Source: Eledone cirrhosa
Taxonomy: Eukaryota
Direction of reading: 5' to 3'
DNA: 64,000 bases
Assembly: GCA_964016885.1 (NCBI GenBank)
Contig: OZ024742.1
Location: 350,176,001 to 350,240,000 of the forward strand
In this document: positions 1 through 12,671 of the stretch, one piece after another
Layout: every line of letters starts with the position of its first letter
How positions within the stretch are numbered: position 1 is the first letter of the stretch
Notes under the pieces: model-generated
The model's database searches: none
The model's input: the letters and a program-made list of their open reading frames with translations, nothing else
What the model was told of the DNA's origin: nothing
Position numbers and translations under genes: made by a program

Positions 1-24
1 CTGGACTTTTCCGACGGAATTACT

Positions 25-79
<55 letters not shown>

Positions 80-81
<2 letters not shown>

Positions 82-324
82 CTCAAACTGAGATCAGTTT
101 GACAATCGGCACCGACGAATGAGAGAAAGTTCTCCAGGAAAGTTAACCAAGAATCTTTCAAAATCTAAACCACCGAACTTAACAAAGAACTTACTAGATC
201 TACAAAACTAAATTGTAAAATTATAATATTATAAAATTATATTAAATTGTTTAGAACTACAAGTGAAGTCATTATTTTACTTTTTTTAAATATACCTAAC
301 TGTACCAAGGATCTCACACATTTT

Positions 325-326
<2 letters not shown>
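80..326 (+). mobile_element. Short insert between (TG)n and (TA)n with degenerate HHR-like motif
   Basis: CCGACGA (112) + stem II atgagagaa/ttctccag + GAAA + gttaac. The cleavage triplet and stem I are degenerate. Ends cacattttcc(TA)n like other PLE-type ends. Confidence 0.35.
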
Positions 327-400
<74 letters not shown>

Positions 401-530
401 CTAGCAGTGTATCCCGGCGTTGCACGTATAAGAACATTGGTAATAGCACCTCCAATGTGAAACGTTTATTTGTGGGTGCCTGTTAAAACCTCACGAAAAT
501 ATAGCGACAGGTATACTTGTTTTATGTGGA
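401..530 (-). mobile_element. Helitron 3'-terminal fragment
   Basis: ctagcagtgtatcccggcgttgcacg is the reverse complement of a hairpin+CTAG end, similar to those at 10252 and 3612-3639. Confidence 0.5.
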
Positions 531-684
531 GAAAATTAAGAAGTTGAAAGTACAAGCCAGCAAATGGAAATGAAGAAGAAAGTTAGTGAAATCAGTCCCA
601 GTACGTTACTAGTACTCTATGCCGTAAACAATGGCTGACGTTTTGCCAATGCTATCAATACTTCGCCCTAAAACATCAGTAATA

Positions 685-938
685 AAGGTTTCTGATTGAG
701 GCTCAAGGCCAAATATTGTAGGTAGGGGAGGGGTTCATTAAATCGACATTGGTGTATGAAAGGCAAAGCTAACCTCGATGGGATTTAAACGAATAATGTA
801 AAGAGCCGCCACTCTATGCCGTTAAGGATGAAAGACAAAGCTAACCCCGATGGGATTTAAACGCAGAATGTAAAGAGTCGTCATTCTATGCCGTTAAGCA
901 AGTCTGACGCTCTACCGATTCTGCTAATGCACCGCCAT
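685..938 (-). mobile_element. Diverged tRNA-type SINE with internal duplication
   Basis: atgaaaggcaaagctaacctc-like core occurs twice (757 and 827); matches the window's main SINE. Confidence 0.7.
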
Positions 939-1149
939 AAAAATACAACAATAGTATTAATAAACTAAAATAATATGGTGATGTCTTCATTCACAGATTT
1001 TGTAGTGATTTGATATATGGGTTGGGATTGATATTAGAGAGATCTGTTTTCAAATCTAATTACATCACAGGTATACAAGTAACAGTGTCACGCTCGCACA
1101 TACACACACACACATACACACTCACACACACGCACACACATATATGTAC

Positions 1150-1495
1150 GATATTAATTTAACAATGAAAATAGTAACAGCAATTCAAGTTATTTTACCT
1201 ATTCATGTTGTTTTACGATCGTTTCGGAGGGTTGATCATATTGACATACAGACTGGTCTATAGCAGTTATATAACTATATACTATCAAACTTCATATATA
1301 GGTTCGGTCAGACCGTCTTCGTAAAAAACAATGATATGAATCGGTATAATAACTTGACTTTTTTTATATCCGACTTTGTATTTAAGGAATTAGCTCAGCG
1401 GAACACAGAACTTTTCTACGGATTTCACTGAATTACTCGCTATCAGATTACATTGAGTTCTATCTACGGTACGGATCCTACCACGAACATTATAT
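1150..1495. mobile_element. Old fold-back PLE-type insert with minus-strand long-stem-II HHR remnant
   Basis: 1186-1220 is inverted relative to 1320-1357. Minus strand reads GAAGA...GAAA cgatcg TA aaacaac. Tail tatcagattacattgagttct is shared with 54322-54342. Confidence 0.55.
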
Positions 1496-1537
1496 CACAT
1501 TGAAAAGTATGAAAAGTATACACTTTTGGTTATATAT

Positions 1538-1575
1538 GCCCTTGACAAGCCCAACTGGGCGAAACGTACGTAGGT
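1538..1575 (+). ncRNA. Minimal type I hammerhead-like motif (U3-A8 core)
   Basis: TTGACAA gccc aact gggc GAAA c gtac g TA gg. Perfect stem II, palindromic stem III (acgtacgt), weak stem I. Confidence 0.55.
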
Positions 1576-1793
1576 GGTGTTTTAAATAAACATGTTTTAA
1601 CGGTCTGTTCTCCGATTTCTTACTTTTTCCACGTGCTTACGCTCTCCTAACTCTCTCGCCCACTAAATATTAACACTTCTAATATTTAATACTGCCGGCA
1701 CTAGTATTGAGCACCTTTGGCATACGCTATTTGGCAAATAACTACATGTTTCATCTATCCTTCCTTTGTTTTTCTCTCTCTCGATACGTAAAT

Positions 1794-1849
<56 letters not shown>

Positions 1850-1854
<5 letters not shown>

Positions 1855-2168
1855 TAGACAGCGAGTTTTTTTTTCAAGTTGAAAAAAAAACCGAGAGGTC
1901 CTACACGAGTGAAAGTATAAGGAAAAAAGATGAAATCGAAAATGCAACTGAAGTCTTTTTTTCTTTTTAATATATATTTGGTTCCTTTACCGGTTTTGAG
2001 ATGGAGGATTTATGATTTTTCTCACATCTGTGAGCAAAACCACAATTTCTCCATCTCAATTCTACTTTTGAAAAGTACAAGAACTGCGAAACCGGTAAAG
2101 GAACCAAATAAATATATATTTATAAAAAAAAGACTCCAGTTGCATTTTCGATTTCATCTTTTTTCCCT
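1850..2168. mobile_element. Family A non-autonomous PLE-type fold-back insert
   Basis: 1921-1996 is the reverse complement of ~2089-2167. Same family at 5143-5330, 26155-26345 and 35817-36080. Flanked by TA. Confidence 0.75.
2065..2100 (+). ncRNA. Type I hammerhead ribozyme, family A (U3-A8)
   Basis: ctt TTGAAAA gta caagaac tgc GAAA ccgg TA aag. Palindromic stem III accggt. Confidence 0.7.
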
Positions 2169-2171
2169 ATA

Positions 2172-3638
2172 TCTATATATATAAAACTGTGGTTGTCTGT
2201 CTGTCTATCGATTTTTGGCACACATCTCCTCTTAGAATCTCTCACGGAATTGCACCGAAATTGCTATACTTGTACATTGAGCCCTAGCGAAGACATCGGA
2301 AAAAAAATATTTCAAATTGACCCGCCCTATCTGACGAAATCGAATATAATGTATCGATTTTTGAGCGTAAGTGATCAGTTATTTCCCTTTGTTCTGTTTA
2401 CATTGAGCGTCTGCGTGCAAAAATTAAAAAAATTACGCTCGCTTTCTCAGCGTTTAAAATGACATTAACACAATAATTTTTACTTGAAAACAAGTCTATT
2501 TAAAGACTACGTAAAACAAGCAAATATTTCGTAAAAAGAAGCAAAAATTATATAAGTTTATTTAAAATATATGTATCTGTAAATTTCGTTAGGCGTGCAG
2601 TCAGTTTTATATATATAGATGATAAACAATAATATCCTCTATGAGGTCACTAAACCTGCTAGAAACAGAAGCTAACTCTCCCTCATATCACACCACTCCC
2701 TACTGTCTTAAATTTAGAAAACGCATATCCTCTATGAGGTTACTAAACCTGCTAGAAACAGCAGCTAACTCTCCCTCATATCACACCACTCCCTACTGTC
2801 TTAAATTTAGAAAACACATATCCTCTATGAGGTTACTAAACCTGCTAGAAACAGCAGCTAACTCTCCCCCATATCATACCCCTCCCTACTGTCTTAAATT
2901 TAGAAAACATATCTTCTATGAGGTCACTAAACCTGCTAGAAACGGCAGCTAACTCTGCCTCCTATCACACCCCTCCCTACTGTCTTAAATTTAGAAAACA
3001 TATCCTCTATGAGGTCACTAAACCTGCTAGAAACAGCAGCTAACTCTCCCCCATATCACACCTCTCTCTACTGTCTTAAATTTAGAAAACATATCTTCTA
3101 TGAGGTCACTAAACCTGCTAGAAACAGCAGCTAACTCTCCCTCATATCACACCACTCCCTACTGTCTTAAATTTAGAAAACACATATCCTCTATGAGGTC
3201 ACTAAACCTGCTAGAAACAGCAGCTAAATCTCCCTCATATCACACCACTCCCTACTGTCTTAAATTTAGAAAACACATATCCTCTATGAGGTCACTAAAC
3301 CTGCTAGAAACAACAGCTAACTCTCCCTCATATCACAACCCTCCCTACTGTCTTAAATTTAGAAAACACACAGACAACCATGCAGAACAACTCCATCGCA
3401 GCTCTGTTGTTCGGCTGGCATCGTCTACTCGCGTGTTGCGCAAGTACTGTGAAACAATAAATTTCAACACTTTTTTGCACAGAGATAATATCCATAGGCG
3501 AAACTACAATTGTCACTGCTGGCGCAGCTCATGCTTCCAGGTCTGCAATTCATTCACCCAGTGCCTGGCAGACAAAAAAGTGCTGCAACCTAACTTTGGT
3601 AACTTAATGACCCCGAGCAACGCCGGGCTTTAATGCTA

Positions 3639-3639
<1 letters not shown>
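2172..3639 (+). mobile_element. Non-autonomous Helitron
   Basis: 5' TCTATATATATAAAACTG followed by (GTCT)n; 3' hairpin cccgagcaacgccggg then CTAG|T; inserted between A and T. Confidence 0.7.
2633..3370. repeat. ~93-bp tandem repeat, about 8 copies
   Basis: Unit ctatgaggtcactaaacctgctagaaacagcagctaactctccctcatatcacaccactccctactgtcttaaatttagaaaac repeated head to tail. Confidence 0.95.
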
Positions 3640-3683
<44 letters not shown>

Positions 3684-3686
<3 letters not shown>

Positions 3687-3846
3687 CGAAGGAAATGTGG
3701 TAAGGAACCAGGTGGACCATAACGCACCAAAGTACTCAATACTTAGGGTAGTAGAGTGGGTAATAGGAACGAGTAGGACCCCGACGGCTGAGCTCAAGCC
3801 GTTTCGACGGCTAATTCAGGACGAGTCCAGAATTAGCCGTCGTTCC

Positions 3847-3848
<2 letters not shown>
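3684..3848. mobile_element. Family B short fold-back insert
   Basis: Minus copy of GAAA cggct tgagctc agcc GTC ggggtcc plus ~90-nt tail, then a short plus arm; between (TA)n tracts. Confidence 0.75.
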
Positions 3849-3877
<29 letters not shown>

Positions 3878-4028
3878 GTGCGTGCGTACGTAATTCGAAT
3901 TATTAATTCACTTATTGAGAATACACACACATTTGAGTGTGTGTATTTCCGCAGATACCAATTATCTTTCGCTTACATACACATACTTCAGAATACACAC
4001 ATATTCACGAATACATACATACATAAAT

Positions 4029-4124
<96 letters not shown>

Positions 4125-4539
4125 CCCACACGCACATATATATATGTATATACACGTGTGTGTTATAGGTGTGTGTATTGTATTACTGGCAAATTTTCCA
4201 GAAAGATAGATTCTTTCACGAAACCTTGACTTGGGATAGCTTAAGAAAGAATTCAAGTATTCAATTTTCGTGCCATAGTAATACTCATAGATTCTAAGTA
4301 GCTCACTACTGTTATCTAGTGCCATCACAAGTACAGCAAGTGCTCTCTGTATATGGAATAATCCTGTCAAATATACGCCTTAAAATATAATTGGAATGGA
4401 GACGGATATGATATGAAAAAGATATATATATAGACAGTACAGGCAAATACTTGAAAGACTTGTATTTAAACTCCACCGTGAACACCTAAAATATCACACG
4501 GGCCCTCTTCATCATCTGCTCAAATAATGGTACTCTCAC

Positions 4540-4802
4540 AATCATCATCATCATCATCAACATCGTCGTCGTAATCATTGTCGTCATCATCAGCCTCCTT
4601 ATCAGCGTCATCATCAGCGTCATCATCATCATCATCATCATAACTATCACCAACATTGTCATCCTTATAGACATCATCCTCACCACCATGACCACCATTA
4701 CAACAATCATCATCACCCTCATCATCATTGTCATCCTTGTCGTCGTCGACACCATCGTCCTCACCGTCGTAATCATCATCGTCGTTCTATGTCATTACCA
4801 CC
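4540..4802. repeat. Degenerate (CAT/CGT)n microsatellite
   Basis: Visible trinucleotide repeat. Confidence 0.9.
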
Positions 4803-4954
4803 ATATCTGACATGACAGATATATTTAGAGCCAAGATATATCAATAATGGCAGTTCCTCTCTTATTGCTATAACGACTCATTACCTTCCTACTTATACTA
4901 AAGTGAACATTGAAATCTTCTCAGTGGCTCCCCCTAGATTCAAAATGTTGATGT

Positions 4955-5041
<87 letters not shown>

Positions 5042-5142
5042 AGAGAGAGGTATGTAATAAACAACATAAGATAATTAATTCATTTACCAGTGCTTTCTTG
5101 AAGACAGATATTTATATCTGTCTTCAGTCGTCATGCGAGACA

Positions 5143-5330
5143 AACCACAAACCCTCCATCTAAATTCTACTTTTGAAAAGCATAAGAAATGTCAAAGCGG
5201 TAAAGGAAACAAATAAACATTCTTAAAAAAGACTCCAGTTGCATTTTCGATTTCATCTTTTTTTCCTATACTTTCACTCGTGTAGGATATCTCGTTTTTT
5301 TTTTCATAAAAAAAAACCCTCATTTTCTTT
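5143..5330 (+). mobile_element. Family A insert with degenerate HHR
   Basis: ctt TTGAAAA gcat aagaa atgt caaa gcgg TA aag (5170-5205) plus family A tail ending at (TA)n. Confidence 0.7.
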
Positions 5331-5351
5331 TATATATATATATATATATAA

Positions 5352-5710
5352 GTATTGAAGTTTCCTTTGAAAATTGAAAAAGTCATAGGAGTGAAGAGTG
5401 CTCTATGTAAGTACCAGAGCTAAATTTAATGTATAATAAACAATACAATATAATTACCTGATTATCAGAGGTTTCCCGAATAAGACGAATATGAAAAACA
5501 TCCACATTCGTTCATCGGACAAGGCAATTTAAAACATAGTGAAATATTTGGAAAATCTCCCCAAGAAAGGCCTTTCTTGAGGAGATTTTTGAAATATTTC
5601 ACTATGTTTTAAATTGCCTTGTCCGATGAACGAATGAGGACGTTTTTCGTATTCGTCTTATTCGGGAAACCTCTGGTAATCAGGTAATTATATTGTATTG
5701 TTTATTATAC

Positions 5711-5713
<3 letters not shown>
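5352..5713. mobile_element. Family D fold-back insert (spacerless palindrome)
   Basis: Arms 5428-5570 and 5571-5713 meet at aagaaagg|cctttctt. The left arm has a ~75-nt extra tail. (TA)n on both sides. Confidence 0.85.
5612..5689 (+). ncRNA. Type I hammerhead-like ribozyme, CCGAUGA core
   Basis: aattgccttgt CCGATGA a cgaatgaggacg..cgtcttattcg g GAAA cc tct gg TA atcaggtaatt. Confidence 0.65.
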
Positions 5714-5748
<35 letters not shown>

Positions 5749-5909
5749 GATATATCTCATATGAAATGATACAGCCAATTTTCCACACAATACAATTAGT
5801 TAGCACCCCGAACGTTTAATTAGGATTATATTCAGGTATTTCCTAATGTTTGTTGAGTGAGTTGGAATTTGGCCGAAGTATCGCTATTAGCTTTCTCCGA
5901 TTATGTATT

Positions 5910-5953
<44 letters not shown>

Positions 5954-6584
5954 TGTGTTTTATTGAATGAAAACCAGAAGTGTGCTCGTTTCTCTATTCA
6001 CATCTCGGATCTACCGTTAGCCAGAATTTAAAGAAACGTTATTCCAAAACTGAGGTGTACAGATAGAGAAAATATTTCGAAGTACGACAGAAGCTTCCTT
6101 AGAGAAGGACAGGTAAACTGGTTTTCACCCGACTCACATTTGTTTCCCTGGGGCAGGTTAAACTCTATAAGAAGATGGAGTCATTGAGAGGAGATGTGCA
6201 CCACCAAGTATTTCTAAGGTCCATAGAAAAGGCATGATAAATACGCAGTGAAACGTTTCAGGAAGTTGCTTGATTCACACCCGACCAAAGGTCACATGAA
6301 TACGTATCAATCCGGTGTCTATAAAATATATACCAGTTACATACGGCGGCATCTCTCCTCCAACTCAGTATCCGTGTAGAAAAGTTAGAAATTTAATTTT
6401 TAATTGGAGAATATTTCTGTTTATAATTTGTCTTTATTTGGTTCCTAAAAATGTTGTGTTGTATTTTTACATTTACGAAGATACAGAAGGATAGATACAT
6501 AAATGCATTGATACACCCACACTATCACACACACATTATTCATTGTAGCGTTGTCAGAACAAAGGAGACGCAAATTAACAAATC

Positions 6585-6800
6585 AGACACTGAGCAGGTC
6601 ACAAAATCTATGACAAAAGCGATTTCACAATATATAAACAACCATCAAGTTGGTGAACGAACTATCTGGAAGTTTGTAATACATTAAAGTGAAAACCAAC
6701 ATGTGCGTGTGTTTTTATTGGTAGCATGACCCTCCCAAAGTATAACAGTATCAGTTTCAACAGACGTTTTCACATAAGACATCTTAATTTAAAAACGAAA
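6585..6800 (+). mobile_element. Old PLE1-related terminal repeat with decayed HHR
   Basis: catgaccctcccaaagtataac and tail match the PLE1 end (28720-28830); ctgagcaggtcaca..tgacaaaa matches the PLE1 HHR. Confidence 0.6.
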
Positions 6801-6817
6801 TATATATATATATATAT

Positions 6818-7218
6818 AACAGAAAAAAAGAGAATCAGTGTTGCGACAAATGGAATTTAATGGACATATTACAATCGTTTCTCTGGCGACCAGCTGGAGG
6901 CACGATCGATGTGATGATCGAACCTGACTCTGAAAATCGCAAGATCCTCAGATACATCTTGATTCTACGAAGCATAGGATAATATGCTTCGTAGAATCAA
7001 GATGTATCTGAGGACCTTGCGATTTTCAGAGTCAGGTTCGATCATCACATCGATCGTGCCTCCAGCTGGTCGCCAGAGAAACGATTGTAATATGTCCATT
7101 AAATTCCATTCGTCGCAACACTGATTCTCTTGTTTTCTATGATATCGTACTCTGTTCTATGAGAGCTTCGAGTGCTCATACGGCCTACCGCACACGGACG
7201 CTTTAAGCATCCAACACC

Positions 7219-7221
<3 letters not shown>
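6818..7221. mobile_element. Family G fold-back insert
   Basis: Arms 6818-6976 and 6983-7140, 6-nt loop, ~80-nt tail on the right arm; flanked by (TA)n. Confidence 0.85.
7001..7096 (+). ncRNA. Type I hammerhead ribozyme with extended stem II
   Basis: gatgtat CTGAGGA ccttgcgat...gtcgccaga GAAA cgattg TA atatgtc; 7-bp stem I. Confidence 0.75.
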
Positions 7222-7249
<28 letters not shown>

Positions 7250-7357
7250 ACTCTGAGTTCGAGTCCTGTAGAATCCTTTCAACATTAAATATTTATACTC
7301 TGTTTTGTATTGTGTACCTTACTTACTGTGGTCACCCCAGATTAAACCCGAGATATA

Positions 7358-7502
<145 letters not shown>

Positions 7503-7509
7503 GTATATA

Positions 7510-7836
7510 TAACCCAACGTTTATATGTTTCGTTGATTATTCAACGAATTCAATTTTACAATAGATTAGAAGCACTCGATAGTAATTTATCTGGAGTATC
7601 TATAATATTATTCAAAATAGGTAAGTGAATCTTCAATTCCTGTAGTGGTAGTACCACTGTAGTACCACTACAGGAATTGAAGATTCAAAACCTTAGGGGT
7701 ATGTCGTATAACCAATCTCTTATATATTTTATCTGATGAAAACGTACTGAAACACCATTGTACCTTTGAAATATGTATAATAAAATACATACTTTGGTTA
7801 TGATAATATTTCTCATTTATTAATATTTTGAATATT
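7510..7836 (+). mobile_element. Family H insert with internal 25-bp hairpin junction
   Basis: Hairpin 7627-7686. Related copies at 20236-20338, 28290-28643 (-) and 36100-36215 (-). Confidence 0.65.
7725..7787 (+). ncRNA. Type I hammerhead ribozyme, family H
   Basis: tattttat CTGATGA aaacgtac..gtaccttt GAAA tatgta TA ataaaata; perfect 8-bp stem I. Confidence 0.75.
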
Positions 7837-7838
7837 AT

Positions 7839-7930
<92 letters not shown>

Positions 7931-8419
7931 CAATGAATATTTGAGAAGGCCGGATTCAAATAACATTCCGATTACGACGTTCATTTTCATCCGCAAGTGA
8001 GGTGTTTTTTGGGGCCCTTTGCAATGTTTGATGCCTCCCTTGCGATGAGTGAGGTTTGGTTTGCACTTCCTACCTGTATACCCACGTCTCGTCACCAGTT
8101 AATACGGTTTTTAGGAGATTTGGACCTTTATTAATAATATTGGGTGAAATTAAGTTGTGACTATTAAGTAATACAGCATCTTAAACTTTGACTGCATGAC
8201 AGCGACTGGCACATTCAGTGTGCTTGCCAAAACCTACGCATGCGCATGTATATATTCTGCTTCAGTCTTCACATTTTTATATTTGTCTTATTAACGTTAT
8301 TACTTCACATAATAGAAAATGTAATCGGATACTTTTTCGATATACATACGTATGTATGTATGCAGGCATCCGTATGTATATATTATATGTATATTTTATA
8401 TCTATTATATATATATATA

Positions 8420-8519
8420 CAGGGTGTCCCCGCAAAATGTATGCACATATCAACAGCATTCTAATAAATATTGGTTGTACAGGTAATTAAAGTGCGTATA
8501 CATTTTTCGGGACGCCCTA
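8420..8519. mobile_element. Tc1/mariner-type MITE
   Basis: Imperfect ~27-bp TIRs cagggtgtccccgcaaaatgtatgcac / gtgcgtatacatttttcgggacgccct, flanked by TA. Confidence 0.7.
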
Positions 8520-8557
8520 TATACTTATTTTATATATATATCATATAGACATATGTT

Positions 8558-8621
<64 letters not shown>

Positions 8622-9530
8622 TTATTATATATATATATATATATATATGTTTATTATATATATATATATATATATATATGTTATGTTGTTATTCATAAAT
8701 GTTATAGATTGGAAGAATTATCCGGTGCCTGAATTGTACCGGAAATGTCAGCAGACACAACAAATATTCTGTTGTTTATTGCTGTAAGGTGTATTTGTAA
8801 TAATATAAAAAACACAGTTGCATGCTGGTCTATATCACCACTGTAGTGACTATATACTAGTCTAAACACATACAGACACACATACACACACACACACACA
8901 CACACATGCACACACGCACATACACACAGACATACACATACACATACACTGACACAAACACACGCATTAGCATACTCAGAAAGACAAAGTCACACACATT
9001 CATGCAGATACACACCAGTCTAAACAAACACACAGACAGAGGCACACACACACACACACGGACATAGTGAGACAAACTCACACATGCGCAGGAAGACAGA
9101 TGCACACATACACATAGTTACGCATAGACACAGCAGGAAAAAAAACATACGCACAGACTTACACAAACAGACACACACACACGGACGTACATAGACAGAT
9201 ACACACCGAGACACACACATACACATACTTACACACACACATACATACACATACACACATTCCAACCGACCGTGTGTTCCATAAGTGTGTGTTAGTGTTC
9301 AATAAATAAGTGTTTATGAATTACAGAGATAACTGACGAGATAAATGGAGGGGAGGGGAGTGTGATATCTACTGTGGAAACTGTTAATAAAATTAAGTTG
9401 CAATTTAGCAGAATTGGAGAAAATGTCGTTATATGATTGCCGCTGACTCATTCCTAGTTCTAACTACGTTTTCTACTTTGTGTCAGCATATATCATTGTG
9501 GTGTCTGTATTAGTTTCATTGGATATTCGA

Positions 9531-9702
9531 ACCCGTAAGGATGAAAGGCAAAGTTAACCTCGGCGGCATTTGAACTATGGTCTGAGTTCAAATCCCGCCG
9601 AGGTTAACTTTGCCTTTCATCCTTACGGGGTCGATAAAATAAAGTACCAGTAATACACTCGGATAATTGCTGGCCTTGTGCCAAAAGTAGAAACAATTAT
9701 TA
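9531..9702 (+). mobile_element. tRNA-type SINE, 5'-truncated with inverted copy of its core
   Basis: 9531-9577 is the reverse complement of ~9585-9631; B-box gagttcaaatcc. Confidence 0.8.
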
Positions 9703-10319
9703 GTGTCTAATTTAAGGGCGATGGGTTGGTAGTATCGGTAAAGCGTCGGATGACATGCTTTCAGTATAGAGCTACTTCCCTTTACATGAGCATAGCTGGT
9801 CTCGCTTGGTGACCGAGCCTGATCAGTTGGAAACGGTTGCGTCAAGCAGAACCTGTTGGAAGGAGTGTTACAGGACTCTGCCCCCACGACCAAATTAGAA
9901 ATATTTTGTAGGGTTAATACAAAGGGGGTGACTTTATATATCGGTTTGACAGAAATTTAGAAGAATAAAAGGTAGGGGCCAGACGCATGAATATTATATG
10001 GGTTTATAACGGCCTCATAATGAGGAAGAGACAAGAAATATCAAAAGATGAGAGGGGAAATGAAGGAAGGGTTGATTAAATCTTCAGTAAAGTGTCTGAT
10101 ATCTGTAAGTCGCAAATATTAGAGAGACAATTCTGAATAATATTCTGGTAACGAAGGTATTTAGAGACACAGAAATGGAACCAAAAGTCAAATTTATCGT
10201 ATGGAGTTCATTACTTAATATTCGTCAACAATTAATATATATATATATATACTAGCAGAAGTACCCGGCGTTGCCCGGGTGTAAGTCGACCTTTGCTCTG
10301 TTGTTAAAATGTGTGAAAG

Positions 10320-11267
10320 TTACTTCCCGCGCATCACAGGTGCAACGTTGTTGTTGGGGTTCACGCTGTTGTTTGTGGTGTTATTGTCTACACCAAAGGA
10401 GGTCATCATGAAACAGGAGTTGTATTTCCATATGTTACGGCGGAATGTTGTAGCCGTAGTGTCGTCACCTGTAAGTAGATTCAGAAGAACGCGTGGTGGG
10501 TCAGCCAATGCCTCTAGTTGCACCTTTCCTCCTACACAGCACGTAGAAGGCGCCTCGCCTGGCCACTTCATTGCCTTGCAAGATGTACAGACATTATCCA
10601 TTTTGCCAATGGAAACTGTAGGCAGAAGTCCGTAATCCTCAGAGGGGTTATATCTGAAGGCTGCTTTTACCGAGCCTGAGCTCTTGGCAGCAGTAGCTAA
10701 TGTATGCCAGGAACGCTTAGCAGCAAGCCTGTCGTCTCTGTCTGCCGTGGACTCCTCTGCAAGCGATTGTTGACGAAGAAGGCGAACCCCAGCAAGCCTC
10801 GTCTGACGGGATGTTGGTGACTCCTCTGCAAGCGCTTGTTGGTGACGAAGGCGAACATCAGCAAGCCTTATCGTACGGGATGTTGGTGACTCAACCAGCC
10901 GGGAAAGACGTCTATCAGCGAGTCGAGATTCGCGCTCAGCAGGCGTTTCCTAGAGAAAGTTAATTGATGCTACTGGTTAGATAAGCCAAAGGCACTGTGC
11001 CAATAGTTAATGAGAAAAGTGTAATATGAACAAAAGGGAATCAAGGTAAGACAATAAATTTTATATAACTACGATTAGAATGTTGTAGTTGCTTAAAAGT
11101 GGTGACAGTTAGGATAAACGTAGTGCTTGCTAACATTAAGGGAGGATATTGCATAAAGGATTAACCAATTTTGAATGAACGCATACCTGAGAACGCCTAA
11201 TTCGTCGTCTCAAAGCAGTAGCTGTATCTTTTTTGGAGGCAAGTCTTGAACGTTTCCGTGTGGATAT
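10320..11267 (-). pseudogene. Helitron RepHel N-terminal fragment, two exons (11267-11187 and 10949-10320)
   Basis: STRKRSRL..RRRIRRSQ|ETPAERESRL..MDNVCTSCKAMKWPGE..CCVGGKVQL..PP..LL..F..NIWKYNSCFMMTSFG is the typical Helitron Rep N-terminal zinc region. GT-AG intron 11186-10950 is in frame. Start codon reads ATA. Confidence 0.75.
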
Positions 11268-11391
11268 AACGACGTGTAACGAAGCTGTTAAGTTAGAGAG
11301 AGGTGATTAAATACAGAGAGAGAGGTGACACCAGATTCGCTAGCATGGTTACTAGTGAATGGGAAGGTTTGGAAATATGGTTATAATAACT

Positions 11392-11650
11392 TACAAAATT
11401 TACCGGCCTATAAAGTGCACGTAAAATACCTAAATTTCATAAAAAACAGCCCTGCGCTTTATATTCTGGTGAGCCTTATGTATAAATAATACAATGGTAA
11501 ACACTCACGGCTCTAACAGAAGTAATAGAACTAGACTAAAAGTAAAGAAGACAGCATTTTCCTGGTTGGCCTTACACGCCGTTGCGCGGACCTGATTTTA
11601 AATGATATGCCTTATATCCCGGTGAGCCTTATAGAGCGGAAAATACGGTA
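11392..11650. mobile_element. pogo/Tigger-like MITE nested in the Helitron
   Basis: Right end gccttatagagcggaaaatacggta; degenerate left end tacaaaatttaccggcctataaag; internal repeat of ggtgagcctta. Confidence 0.5.
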
Positions 11651-12542
11651 TCTATTGGAAAATGTTCTAAAGTACATTCAATCTCTCTTTTAGACCGATG
11701 TCTTAATAAGCAACTTATCAATGTTTTTATAAGCTGTCAGTGTTTATCTGCATGCAGGTGTGTACGTGTGCGCAATCAATTGCACTGCATGCAGATGGTC
11801 TATGACAACACGTGTGTGCATACCTGTTTGTGTATCTATCGTTGAGAAAACATACTGCTCGTGGTATAGACAGGCCGTACAATCAATAACGGGCGCGAGT
11901 TACAGTGTGTGGGTGCTTATATGGGCATATGAAATTGATTTTGATTGCGCCAGGTGTAAACTAAAAGTGCTTGTGTTCGAATACATACACATTAAATTTG
12001 ATTGAAATCGAAAGATTTTTGAAAAAAATATGAAAAACATTCTGTCATATATTTTGTTGACTGTACAATTATTTAAGAATTAAGAATTCTACTCAAAGAA
12101 CCCTGAATATCTGTTTGTAAAGCCTTCCATTTTCCCAAAAAGAAAGGCGTAGATTTGCATATTTCCACAATATTGCGCCATTTATAATTAAACTATGAAT
12201 AATTGTTTGCCCTAACTCTTATAGGTCTCATTTAACGCATGATTTATTAGTTTAAAAAAACTTTCTGAATTTTTGCACCCTTGAAGTAACTCCTAATGGA
12301 TCTATTATTGTGGTAATATCAAAGTTCATTGTAATTGGACGAATTCTGAAAATATCGATATTTGCCTCTGGGGTCCAATTATCGAGTTTTCGAAAATTTC
12401 AAGTAGCCTATTCGAATCTACCGATCGAATTTTATATACGTGTCAAGTGTCATAAAAATCGGATGAACGGTGTAGCCCGCAAGTTCGGGACACCAAACAA
12501 ACAAACAAATAAACGAACAACGCCCAACTTCACTTTATATAT

Positions 12543-12671
12543 AGGAAAAGAGTCAGAAACCCGACGGCAGAACTCAAGCCGTTTCAACAGCTATTACCCA
12601 CTCTACTATTCAAAGTATCGAGTACTCTGGTGCGTTATGGTCCACCTGGTTCCTTACAACACTTCCTTCGT
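12543..12671. mobile_element. Family B fold-back fragment
   Basis: Minus short arm 12543-12592 joined to the plus tail attacccactctac..ccttcg. Confidence 0.7.

Larger units (their letters stand above)
10252..12543 (-). mobile_element. Internally deleted Helitron
   Basis: 3' hairpin acccgggcaacgccgggt + CTAG at 10252; 5' TATATATAAAG followed by (TTTG)n near 12543; contains the RepHel N-terminus. Confidence 0.85.

Noticed and set aside
2633-3370. CRISPR-like array or 31-aa repeat protein
   Set aside because: Units are contiguous with no unique spacers, frameshifts occur between units, the context is eukaryotic and there are no cas genes.
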